Positions 19,931 through 28,907 of a DNA stretch of 64,000 bases are shown in pieces (the first letter of the stretch is position 1; each line of letters starts with the position of its first letter). The position numbers and the translations under genes are program-made. The notes below the pieces were generated by a model. It made no database searches. It was given only the letters and a program-made list of their open reading frames with translations, and was not told the DNA's origin. The stretch comes from an uncultured delta proteobacterium (lineage in GTDB: Bacteria > Desulfobacterota > Binatia > Binatales > Binataceae), in assembly GCA_963842085.1 (NCBI GenBank), contig CAWJET010000001.1:1120001-1184000 (forward strand), in the 5' to 3' direction.

Positions 19931-21148
19931 ATGAGCCGTTTCGCACTTGAAGGAGTCCACATTCTCGACTTCGCCTGGGTCGGGGTAGGTCCGATCACGA
20001 CCAAGTATTTCGCCGACAATGGCGCCGACGTGATTCGGGTCGAGTCGGCCGCGCGCCCCGACGTGCTGCGAATCGGGCCGCCGTGGAAAGACGCGATGCC
20101 CGGCATCAACCGCAGCCAGTTTTTCGCCAGCTACAATACCTCGAAAAAGGGAATCACGCTCGACTTGAGCAAACCCAAAGCGCGCGAACTGGCCAAGCGC
20201 CTGGTGCCGTGGGCCGACATCGTCGTCGAGAGTTTCACTCCGAAGGCGATGCGCGGCTGGGGACTCGACTACGACAGCCTGCGCGAGCTGCGCCCCGACC
20301 TGATCATGCTGTCGACCTGCATGCAGGGGCAGACCGGGCCCAACGCGCTTTACCCCGGCTTCGGCCAGTTGATGGCCGCGCTGTCGGGCTTCTACTACAT
20401 CTCGGGTTACGGCCCCGGCTCATGCACGCCGCCGTACGGCGCCTACACCGATTTCATCGCGCCGCGCTTTTCCGCGGTCGCGCTGCTGGCGGCGCTCGAC
20501 TATCGCCGCCGCACCGGGGTCGGCCAGTACATCGACATGGCGCAATACGAGGCGGCGATGCAGAATCTCGCGCCGGCGCTGATCGATTACTTCGCAACCG
20601 GGCGCGTGCTGGGCCCGCGCGGCAACGCGTCCGAGCGCTACGCTCCGCACGGCGCCTATCGATGCGCCGATGAGGACGGCAACGAGCGATGGATCGCGAT
20701 CGCCGTCGCGGGCGACGCGCAATGGCGCGCGATGCTCGCTGCGCTCGCGACAGATTCCACCGACCCGCGCTTTGCGACTGCGCCCGCGCGTGTCGAAAAT
20801 GCAGCCGCGGTCGACCAGTTCGTCGGCTCGCTCACGCGCGCTCACAACGCGCACGATCTGACCGCGAAGTTGCAGGCCGCCGGAGTGGCAGCCTATCCGG
20901 TCGAGAACTGCGTCGACATCCACCAGGACGACAACCTCGAGGCGTTCGGCTTCTGGCATTGGCTCGAGCACAAGGAAATGGGCGCGTCGCCGTACGAAGG
21001 ACTCGAGCATCGCATGAGCCACACGCCGGGCACGCTGCGCTCGGCCGCGCCGATTCTCGGCCAGGACAACGACGAAGTCTTCCGCGGGATGCTCTCGCTC
21101 AGCGCCGACGAGATCGAGCAGCTAAAGAAAGAGAACGTGATATTCTGA
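19931..21148 (+). CDS. CaiB/BaiF (family III) CoA-transferase subunit with catalytic Asp
   Basis: ILDFAWVGVGP, GADVIRVES, N..KKGITLDL, DIVVESF.P, GQTGP, YTD, AP.LGQDN. Confidence 0.92.
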   Translation: MSRFALEGVHILDFAWVGVGPITTKYFADNGADVIRVESAARPDVLRIGPPWKDAMPGINRSQFFASYNTSKKGITLDLSKPKARELAKRLVPWADIVVESFTPKAMRGWGLDYDSLRELRPDLIMLSTCMQGQTGPNALYPGFGQLMAALSGFYYISGYGPGSCTPPYGAYTDFIAPRFSAVALLAALDYRRRTGVGQYIDMAQYEAAMQNLAPALIDYFATGRVLGPRGNASERYAPHGAYRCADEDGNERWIAIAVAGDAQWRAMLAALATDSTDPRFATAPARVENAAAVDQFVGSLTRAHNAHDLTAKLQAAGVAAYPVENCVDIHQDDNLEAFGFWHWLEHKEMGASPYEGLEHRMSHTPGTLRSAAPILGQDNDEVFRGMLSLSADEIEQLKKENVIF

Positions 21149-21168
21149 GTTCCGATCCGCTGGCTGCC

Positions 21169-22419
21169 GTGCGATACGAACTCAAAATTGCGCTCCGCTA
21201 TTTGCGCGCGCGCCGCAAAGACGGCTTCATCTCGATCACGACGATATTTACCGCGGTCGGCGTGATGATCGGGGTCGCCGCGCTTACCGTGACGCTGTCC
21301 GTGATGGGCGGCTTCGAGCAGAACATCAAGGAACGCGTGCTGAACCTCAGCCCGCAAGTGCAGATACTCAATTCGCAGGGATCGATCGACAATTACGCCG
21401 AGATCGAGAAGCGGGTCGCCGGTGTGCCGGGTGTCAACGGCGCGGAGTCGTATATCGTGGGTCAGGCGATGCTGAGTTCGGGGCGCGGAATCGGCGGCGT
21501 CGTCGTGCGCGGCATCGAGCCGAACAATCCCGTGGTGCGGGAGCAATGGGGACGCTACATGACGGCCGGCAGCCTCGCCGATCTGTCGCGGAGCTACTCG
21601 ATTCCGGCCAGCACTGCGGGCCCCGCGGTTACCACCGGCGGCCTCGCCATCGGAGTCAGCCTCGCGAAAAAACTCAAGGCCAAACCGGGCGACGCGGTCC
21701 GGATGGTCGCGCCGGTTATTTCGCCCGACGGATCGCTTTCGACCAAGAGCGGCCAATTCGTTGTCGGCGCGATCTTCGACTCGGGCATGAACTTCATCGA
21801 CACCAACATGGTGTTCATGGATCTCGCGCACGCCCAGGATTTCTTCGGCCGCACCGGCAAGGTCGACGGCGTCGATATTCATCTGACCAATCTCGACCAG
21901 ACCGACGCGGTCACCGACGCGGTGCGCAAGCTGTTCCCGGACCCTTACCGGGTCCGCAACTGGATCGAGTTCAACGAGTCCGCCGCCGCCGGCTTCGCGT
22001 TGCTCAAGCGGGTCTATGCGCTCGTGCTCGTAATGCTGATCGGGGTCGCGGCGTTCAACCTCGTCGCGACGTTGATCATGGTCGTAATGGAAAAGCGCAA
22101 GGACATCGCCGTGCTGATCGCGATGGGTGCGACGCGGCGCGACGTGCGACTGATCTTCGTGCTGAAGGGACTGATCGTCGGCGCAGCAGGCACCGTCGCC
22201 GGACTGATGCTCGGCGCGGCCGGATGCTTCGCGCTGGCGCGTTACCAGTTCATTCACATCCCGCGCGAAATTTACGGCATCTCAACGCTGCCGATCGCGG
22301 TTGCGCCGTCGAACTTCGCCGCCGTCGCGCTGGCGTCGATGGTGCTGTGCCTGCTGGCGACCGTTTATCCGGCCCGGCAAGCATCGCGCGAGATGCCGGT
22401 CGAAATCTTCCGCTCCTAG
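21169..22419 (+). CDS. LolC/E-type lipoprotein-releasing ABC permease
   Basis: IALRYLRARR, GV.IGVAAL...LSVMGGF, VAAFN...TLIM.VMEK.KDIA.L.AMGA, YPA..A. Confidence 0.88.
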   Translation: MRYELKIALRYLRARRKDGFISITTIFTAVGVMIGVAALTVTLSVMGGFEQNIKERVLNLSPQVQILNSQGSIDNYAEIEKRVAGVPGVNGAESYIVGQAMLSSGRGIGGVVVRGIEPNNPVVREQWGRYMTAGSLADLSRSYSIPASTAGPAVTTGGLAIGVSLAKKLKAKPGDAVRMVAPVISPDGSLSTKSGQFVVGAIFDSGMNFIDTNMVFMDLAHAQDFFGRTGKVDGVDIHLTNLDQTDAVTDAVRKLFPDPYRVRNWIEFNESAAAGFALLKRVYALVLVMLIGVAAFNLVATLIMVVMEKRKDIAVLIAMGATRRDVRLIFVLKGLIVGAAGTVAGLMLGAAGCFALARYQFIHIPREIYGISTLPIAVAPSNFAAVALASMVLCLLATVYPARQASREMPVEIFRS

Positions 22420-22467
22420 CTCCTCCGCAGGCCCCACCCCAACGTACGCGGACAGTGAAAAAACTGA

Positions 22468-22755
22468 CTACTGATTATTTGGCGTGTGATTCGTATTCGT
22501 GGGGGGCTTGCCGGCGAGCTTCGGTTTGCGGACGACCAGGGTCTCATGACCGCGAACCTTGATCGTACGTGCGGGCTCTGACGAAAAGTTCTGGTTGGCT
22601 CCGTCAGCATGCCGCGGCCGCGACGAAGTGCGCTTGCGCCGCCAGTTGTTGAGCTCCTTCGACAGTTTTGAGGCCAGCGAATCGTTATCCTGGCCGTTCT
22701 CGGTCGATTCTCCGCTTTCCTTGTTGAGGTCGCCCTCAAACTCCGCGGAACTCAT
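22468..22755 (-). CDS. Hypothetical protein (acidic N-terminus, basic C-terminus)
   Basis: 95-aa ORF filling an otherwise empty gap; purine-rich upstream region; no recognised motif. Confidence 0.5.
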   Translation of the reverse strand: MSSAEFEGDLNKESGESTENGQDNDSLASKLSKELNNWRRKRTSSRPRHADGANQNFSSEPARTIKVRGHETLVVRKPKLAGKPPTNTNHTPNNQ

Positions 22756-23049
22756 TTGCGTTCGCTCTTCCTGTGACGTGGATTTGTCCTCCTTATCCTT
22801 AAGACTGTTTTGAGAAACAGAATTTTAGTTCACGAAATTGATGTACTAGCAGTAATCGGCGCCCGCTTTCGCGGCAGCCTTGGGTCGTTAAGTCAGTGGA
22901 TAAGATGGTGTCTCGACTGCGTACCGAATCTGAGTTTTATCGCGGCTTGGGACGATTTTTGTGTGGGATTCTTTCAGGCGGATTTTCCGCCGGCCGGGCT
23001 TGAGCGGCTCCGGCCGGCGTTCAATTCATTGGTATCTTCGATGCACGCT

Positions 23050-23382
23050 TCAGGCAAACAGACTCTGCATCCGCAGCGCGAGGCCCATGTCGCCCGCGAT
23101 TCGCAGTTTGCCGCTCATGAACGCGACCTGCCCGTTGAGCTTGCCGGTCGTCATGTCGACGTAGTCCTGCGCCGTCATTGAGATCGTGATGCTCGGTGAC
23201 GCGGCCGGTCCTTCTTTGACTTCGCAGGTCTCATTATTGATGACCACGTGCCACTTGCCGCCGTTATCGCCCGAGAGGTCGAATTGGTAGGTTGCATTCA
23301 AACCCTTCGCTGCGTCTTTGTTGAACCGACTCGGCATCGCCGCGAAGATTTCTTTGGGAGTAGTAGGTGCTGCATCAGCCAT
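23050..23382 (-). CDS. SCP2 sterol-binding domain protein
   Basis: YQFDLSG..GG.W, G.LNGQ.AFMSGKLRI.GDMGLA; GGAGG RBS. Confidence 0.92.
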   Translation of the reverse strand: MADAAPTTPKEIFAAMPSRFNKDAAKGLNATYQFDLSGDNGGKWHVVINNETCEVKEGPAASPSITISMTAQDYVDMTTGKLNGQVAFMSGKLRIAGDMGLALRMQSLFA

Positions 23383-23519
23383 GTGAAATTCGAATCCTCC
23401 TGGTGGGAGCGGCCTGTGCCGCGCTCTTTCAGCCATATAAGCGTTCGGCTCGAACCGTGTCAATAGTACCACGCCCCACGTGATTAATCACGCCCGGCGG
23501 CATCGCCTCATCGCGCAAA

Positions 23520-25037
23520 TCAGAATCCGAACATGTTTCCCGGCACGACGGTGATGATATTGCCTCGCACATGCACCGGCGACGCGGTCTCGGTGATCGT
23601 CACTGCCTGCTGTTTTTGCGCTTCGGTCTTGACCGTGCCGCTCAGGTACGCGTCGTGGCCGATCACCTTGACCGTCACGCTGTTGAGTCCGGCGGCATAA
23701 AGCTGCGACGCGATCGCGGCCTGGCGCGCGGCCCAATCGGCCTGGTCGGTTGACAGCGAATCGATCACGTTGCCCACTCCGGGCACCTGGCGCACGAGCT
23801 TCTCCGCGTACAGCTTGGCGTCGTTGTCGAACACCTTGCCGAAAATCGTCACCGTGCTGCCACTGGTATAGCAGTTCACGCGCCGCGTCCTCGGATTCGA
23901 CGACAGCACCTGCAGCACGCGCTGCTGCAAGGTGAGAGTCGGCGGCCTGGGCGGGACGTGATGCCTGCGCGGAGGACGAGGAGGCGGCGGGGCCGGCGCA
24001 GGTGCGACGGCAGCCACTGGCGGCGTTTCGACTGGCGCCGGCGTCGGCGCTATGGCCTCCGACGGCGCCGGCGCGCTGGCGAATTCCGGCGCCTCGGTCG
24101 GGCTCAGTCCCGCCAGGCTGGTGCTGAGTTGCGACTCGAGCGCAGCCCTGGTCGCCGGGTCGTTGGTGAAAATAATCGGATAATCGATCTCGACCTCGCT
24201 GCCGCTGAACGGCGCATAATTCCAGGTCGAAACGTCCTTCACCACTTCCGCGTCGAACGCCGGATTCGGATTGGTGGACGTCCTCACCGACGCCGCATCC
24301 ACGCTGCCGTTGGGCAGCACCCTGACGCGCACCACCATCGCATCGCGCAGGGTGCTGTCACCGGCCAGTGCGTGCTCATAGCTGTCGAGCAATCCGTCCT
24401 TGTGATCCTCGAAAAATTTACGCGCCGTATCCTGGTTGCGCTCGGGCGCCGACGCCGACTCGCCCGTCACCTGCACGCTCATCCCATTCGCCAGCGCCAC
24501 CAGCGGGCCGGTCGGCGCCGGGGCGGCGATCGACGCGACCGCCGACGGCGACGCGTTCGCCACCGGCTGCTCCGCACCCTTGGTGCTGAGATGAAGCGCC
24601 AGCCACGCGCCGCCTCCCAGCGCGACGATCGCGGCGATCAGATAGCCAACGACGCCGAGCAGCCCGCGGCCTTCTTTTTCGCCGTCGTCGTCCGGCATCC
24701 TGCCCGTGATTCGCATCGACGGCGACGAATCGCGCCGCACGGTTGCGGTGCGCGGCGGAGCCGAGCGCGGCGGCGGCGATGGCGGCGGTGTGTACTGCTC
24801 CGCAGCCGATTCCACTCCAAGTCGCGCGCCGCAGAAGTTGCAGATAAGTTCGCCCGGCTGCGCCTTGCCGCCGCAGACCGGACACTCGATTTGCGCGCCC
24901 TCCTGGCCCGCGCCGGCCGGCACCGGTCCGGGGCCTTCGGCAAAGGCGGGGCCGGCCTGCACCAGCGCGGTGCCGTCGGTTTCGCAAAACGTTTCCGAGT
25001 CGGGGTAGGTTTTTTCGCAGCGGGGGCACCTTTTCAT
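23520..25037 (-). CDS. Zn-ribbon / TM / TonB-C(AgmX)-like / 2x BON membrane protein
   Basis: CPRC..FC..DG and CPVC...CNFCG ribbons, one TM helix, RVRVLPNG.V......WNY.PF..VE..YP..F, Pro-rich linker, two BON-like repeats (VTIFG.V...VPGV.NV.D.L; AYLSGTV). Confidence 0.75.
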   Translation of the reverse strand: MKRCPRCEKTYPDSETFCETDGTALVQAGPAFAEGPGPVPAGAGQEGAQIECPVCGGKAQPGELICNFCGARLGVESAAEQYTPPPSPPPRSAPPRTATVRRDSSPSMRITGRMPDDDGEKEGRGLLGVVGYLIAAIVALGGGAWLALHLSTKGAEQPVANASPSAVASIAAPAPTGPLVALANGMSVQVTGESASAPERNQDTARKFFEDHKDGLLDSYEHALAGDSTLRDAMVVRVRVLPNGSVDAASVRTSTNPNPAFDAEVVKDVSTWNYAPFSGSEVEIDYPIIFTNDPATRAALESQLSTSLAGLSPTEAPEFASAPAPSEAIAPTPAPVETPPVAAVAPAPAPPPPRPPRRHHVPPRPPTLTLQQRVLQVLSSNPRTRRVNCYTSGSTVTIFGKVFDNDAKLYAEKLVRQVPGVGNVIDSLSTDQADWAARQAAIASQLYAAGLNSVTVKVIGHDAYLSGTVKTEAQKQQAVTITETASPVHVRGNIITVVPGNMFGF

Positions 25038-25098
25038 GTTGGCAAGAAATCCTCCGGCGCAAGTTTCGATGATATCCGCGCGAATTGCGACACGCCGA

Positions 25099-25950
25099 TC
25101 ATTGCCTGGCGATCACCTCGGCGCCGAATTTTTCCATCGACGCGATATGCTCCCGCGTCGTCGCGGCCGGCCCGACGATTATTCGCGACACGCCCATCTC
25201 GGCGAATCGCTGGATATCCCCGGGCTTCAATTGTTCGCGCAACCTGCTCACCGTAATTTCCAGCGGCGTCGTCCGCCCGGCTGCGCGCTCATGCTCTCGC
25301 AGGCGCTTGATCGTCGCAGCGATCTCGTCGTCGCCCTCTGCAATTCCGTACCAGCCGTCGCCGAGCCTGGCTGCGCGCTTGAGCGACGGCTCGGTGTCGC
25401 CGCCGAACACGATCGGCGGATGCGGTTTCTGTGCCGGCTTGGGCATGAACTTGAATCCTTCGACACTGATCGTCTTGCCGTGATACTCGGGCGAGTCCTT
25501 GGTCCACAGCTCCTTCATCAGTGCGATATACTCGCGCGTGCGCAGCGCGCGGTCCTTGAAGTTCATCCCGACGCCTTCGAACTCCTCTTCGAGCCACCCG
25601 ATCCCGACGCCGAAAATGAACCGCCCGCCCGAAAGCACGTCCAGGCTGGCGACCGCCTTGGCAGTCGTGAAGGCGTTGCGAATCGGCAGCACGAAGACTC
25701 CCGTCGCCAGCCGAATCCTGGTGGTGACGCCGGCGACGTAAGCCAGCGCCAGCATCGGATCGTGCAGCGGCGTCTCCGGCGGCACGCCCATCCTGCCACT
25801 TGAAGAATACGGATACGGCGAGCGGTAGGTTACCGGCAGAATAATGTGCTCGGGAATCCACAAAGATTCGAAACCGCTTTCCTCGGCTTTGCGCGCGACT
25901 GCCGCGATACTGTTGGGCGAGGTCTGATACAAAAATGTTCCGAATTTCAT
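25099..25950 (-). CDS. LLM-class (probably F420-dependent) oxidoreductase
   Basis: AEE.GFESLW..EH, DP...LA..AG.T.RIRL.TGV, LDVLSGGR, GVG.GW..EEF, RAARLGDGW. Confidence 0.88.
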   Translation of the reverse strand: MKFGTFLYQTSPNSIAAVARKAEESGFESLWIPEHIILPVTYRSPYPYSSSGRMGVPPETPLHDPMLALAYVAGVTTRIRLATGVFVLPIRNAFTTAKAVASLDVLSGGRFIFGVGIGWLEEEFEGVGMNFKDRALRTREYIALMKELWTKDSPEYHGKTISVEGFKFMPKPAQKPHPPIVFGGDTEPSLKRAARLGDGWYGIAEGDDEIAATIKRLREHERAAGRTTPLEITVSRLREQLKPGDIQRFAEMGVSRIIVGPAATTREHIASMEKFGAEVIARQ

Positions 25951-25989
25951 TGGCTTCAACGCTCCCAGGCGCGACGTTTAACAATACTG

Positions 25990-27411
25990 CTAGTCAGTTT
26001 CCAGCTTCACCGCGAAGACCGCCGGATCCTCGATCGTGCGCAAATCGAGGATGAACGAGTCGTCGGCAACCCGCCCGATTATTCGCGCGCGCCGAAACAT
26101 CGCAGCGATCGAGTTAGCCGATTTCTCGGGATGCGTCACGCGGAGCGCGACCGACTTCAACTCCTCGACCGGCATCGCGCCCGAGCCGACCTGCGACGCC
26201 GCATCGACAATCTCGACCACGTAGCCGCCGTCCAGCCGCTCCGCGACGATCTCGCGGGCACGCGGCGCGATCGCGCCAATCTCACTCGCACGCCGCGCCA
26301 ATAGCCGGAGCGTCGGCAGCTCGGAGACCAGGTCGCCCGAGCGCAGATACAGCCTTATCGTCGCCGCGAGCGCCGCCAGCGTCAGCTTGTCGCATCTGAG
26401 CGCGCGCTTTAGCGGATTGCGCTTGATTCGATCGAGCGCGGCGCGCCGGCCCACGATCACGCCCGCCTGCGGACCGCCAAGCAGCTTGTCGCCCGAGAAG
26501 GTGACGACAGCCGCGCCCGCCGCGATTCGATCGCGCACAATCGGCTCGCGCGGGATGCCGAGCTCCGTCAGATCGATCAGCGCGCCCGCGCCCAGATCCT
26601 CCATCACGTCGATTCCGCGCGCGCGGCCGATTTCGACCAGGTTTTCCAGCGTCACTTCGCTGGTGAAGCCGACCACGCGGTAATTCGATGGATGCACTTT
26701 CAGCAGCAGGGCGGTCTCGGTCCCGATCGCATCCGCGTAGTCCCGCGGATGCGTCCGATTGGTCGTCCCCACCTCGTGGATAATCGCGCCGCTCTTTGCC
26801 ATCACGTCGGGCAATCGAAACGAGCCGCCAATTTCGATCATCTCGCCGCGCGATACGATTACTTCGCGCCCCTCCGCGAGCGAATTGAGCGCGAGCACGA
26901 CCGCGGCGGCGTTATTGTTCACAACGGTCGCGGCCTCGGCCCCGGTCAGCGCGCAGAGGTCGTCCTCGACCAGCGTGTCGCGGTCGCCGCGCGCGCCGGT
27001 CTCGAGATCGTATTCCAGGTTGACGGCAGAGCGCGCCGCCATCTCGACCGCCTCGATCGCCGATTCGGCGAGAAGTGCGCGTCCGAGATTGGTATGCAGC
27101 ACGACCCCGGTCGCATTTACGACCGGTCCAAGCACCGGCTCGTCGGCCGCGACGGCGCGCGCGGCGGCGCGCACGACAGCGTCGAGCATCGCCGCGCGAT
27201 CGCGCGGGGCGGCGCCGCGCCCCGCGAGAATGGCGGCGCGGATTTCCCCCTGCGCCCGCTGCAGCATCAGTTTGAGGTAGCTGCGGCCGAATCCCGCCAA
27301 CGCGGAATTCGCCTCCGCCGCGCGAAGGCACTCGTCGATCGGAGGGAGCGCGCGAATCAACTCGGCGCGCGCATCTGATTCCGCAGATTGTTTTCGCGAA
27401 TGCTTGGCCAT
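25990..27411 (-). CDS. selA: L-seryl-tRNA(Sec) selenium transferase
   Basis: VVNATGVVLHTNLGRA, VNNNAAA, SRGE.IEIGGSFR, VGTTNRT, FSGDKLLGGPQAG. Confidence 0.96.
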   Translation of the reverse strand: MAKHSRKQSAESDARAELIRALPPIDECLRAAEANSALAGFGRSYLKLMLQRAQGEIRAAILAGRGAAPRDRAAMLDAVVRAAARAVAADEPVLGPVVNATGVVLHTNLGRALLAESAIEAVEMAARSAVNLEYDLETGARGDRDTLVEDDLCALTGAEAATVVNNNAAAVVLALNSLAEGREVIVSRGEMIEIGGSFRLPDVMAKSGAIIHEVGTTNRTHPRDYADAIGTETALLLKVHPSNYRVVGFTSEVTLENLVEIGRARGIDVMEDLGAGALIDLTELGIPREPIVRDRIAAGAAVVTFSGDKLLGGPQAGVIVGRRAALDRIKRNPLKRALRCDKLTLAALAATIRLYLRSGDLVSELPTLRLLARRASEIGAIAPRAREIVAERLDGGYVVEIVDAASQVGSGAMPVEELKSVALRVTHPEKSANSIAAMFRRARIIGRVADDSFILDLRTIEDPAVFAVKLETD

Positions 27412-27492
27412 GGCGGGAAGATTATCAAAGACCGCCCCGGCCCGGCGCAACCGCAACTTCGCTAAGCGCTGGACAGAAACCCTGACACCAGA

Positions 27493-28863
27493 TTAAGCGG
27501 ATTGCTCTATCTCCGCCTGCGCCCGGGCGAGCATCTTCAGCTTGGTCAACAGGATGAATCCGCACAGCAGCGAGAACGCCGCGCAGAACATCACGGCCGA
27601 GCGCGGACTCAAATGCTCGCCGATATAGCCGACCGCCAAGCTGCCAATCGGCGCGCTGCCGATGAATGACAAGGTGTACATGCTCATCACGCGCCCGCGC
27701 AGTTCGTCCGACACGAACATCTGCAGGAGGGTGTTGGTCGTCACCATGTGATTCATCAGGCCGACGCCGATGAACATCTGGGCGAGCAGCGAAACCCACA
27801 TCCAGTTCGACAGGCCGAAGCCCGCGGTGGCAATCGCCATGCAAAAAATTCCGAACACCAGGTTCTGCCGCAACGCTTTGGGAGCAGCCGAGCGCGAGTT
27901 CATCACGATTGCGCTTATCACCGCGCCGAGCCCCTGCGCCGCCATCAGGAAGCCGTAGCCATGCGCGCCGACATGCAGCAGGTCACGTGCGAACACGGGG
28001 ATCAGCACCGAGTACTGCATCCCGATTCCCATGTTGATCGCGACCAGCACCAGCAGCCACAGGGTCGGGCGATGCCGCCAGACGTACGCCAGCCCGAGCC
28101 GCACCTGGCGCATCATGGTGGCGCCGAATTGGCGCCGCTCGCGGCGCGGCAGTTCCATCTGGAACAGGCTCCAGATGACGGCGAGGTAGCTGACGCCGTT
28201 GAGCATGAAGCAGCCGGCGACGCCGATCACGGCGATCGACAGGCCCGCGATCGCCGGTCCGATCATCCGCGCGCCGTTGAAGATCATCGAGTTCATCGCG
28301 ATCGCGTTGGGCAGGTCTTCGCGCCCCACCATCTCGACCACGAACGCCTGCCGGCCGGGCATGTCGAATGAGCTCACCAGCCCGTTGAGCGCAGCCAGCG
28401 CGATCACGTATTCGACCTTCACCGCGCCGGCCCACGTCAGTACTCCAAGCACGAACGCGCTGAGCATCAGGAGAGTCTGCGCGCCGATTATCAGGCGCCG
28501 CCGATCGACGTGATCGACCACCACTCCGGCGAACAGCGCGACCAGCACAATCGGCATGTAGCCGGCGAACGCGACGACGCCCAGCATCAGAGAAGAATTG
28601 GTGAGCTTGAGCACCAGCCATGCCTGCGCGACCGACTGCATCCAGGTGCCGATCAGCGAGATTAGCTGTCCGACGAAGAAGAGCCTGAAATTGCGATGCC
28701 GCAGCGCGCGGAAGGCCGTCAGCCGTCCGTTCCAGCTATCTTGCGCGGGCAGATCTCCGCCAGCTTCGTCCGCCTCGACGGCCTCTATTTCCGGCACCGT
28801 ATCGATGATCTTTTCTCCGCGACTTGGTGAACTCCCCCACTTTGCCAGAGCCGATTTAATCAA
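27493..28863 (-). CDS. MFS transporter (MFS_3/DHA3-like; start uncertain)
   Basis: ALRHRNFRLFF.GQ..S.IGTWMQ, G...D...RRR, FDMP.RQ, NAIA.NS..FN.AR..GPA, D.LRGRVMS. Confidence 0.9.
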   Translation of the reverse strand: MIKSALAKWGSSPSRGEKIIDTVPEIEAVEADEAGGDLPAQDSWNGRLTAFRALRHRNFRLFFVGQLISLIGTWMQSVAQAWLVLKLTNSSLMLGVVAFAGYMPIVLVALFAGVVVDHVDRRRLIIGAQTLLMLSAFVLGVLTWAGAVKVEYVIALAALNGLVSSFDMPGRQAFVVEMVGREDLPNAIAMNSMIFNGARMIGPAIAGLSIAVIGVAGCFMLNGVSYLAVIWSLFQMELPRRERRQFGATMMRQVRLGLAYVWRHRPTLWLLVLVAINMGIGMQYSVLIPVFARDLLHVGAHGYGFLMAAQGLGAVISAIVMNSRSAAPKALRQNLVFGIFCMAIATAGFGLSNWMWVSLLAQMFIGVGLMNHMVTTNTLLQMFVSDELRGRVMSMYTLSFIGSAPIGSLAVGYIGEHLSPRSAVMFCAAFSLLCGFILLTKLKMLARAQAEIEQSA

Positions 28864-28907
28864 TCGAGTGCCTTGCCGCGATCCTGGCCCTTTGCGACTC
28901 TCACCAC

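Noticed and set aside
20689-21168. N-terminal extensions of lolE-like, glcE, DsbA-like, galK and gltB in the ORF track
   Set aside because: They overlap upstream genes in other frames; starts were trimmed to the motif- or RBS-supported codons
25990-27411. Selenoprotein or tRNA-Sec near selA
   Set aside because: No selB, selD or tRNA cloverleaf, and no in-frame TGA-split gene seen in the window
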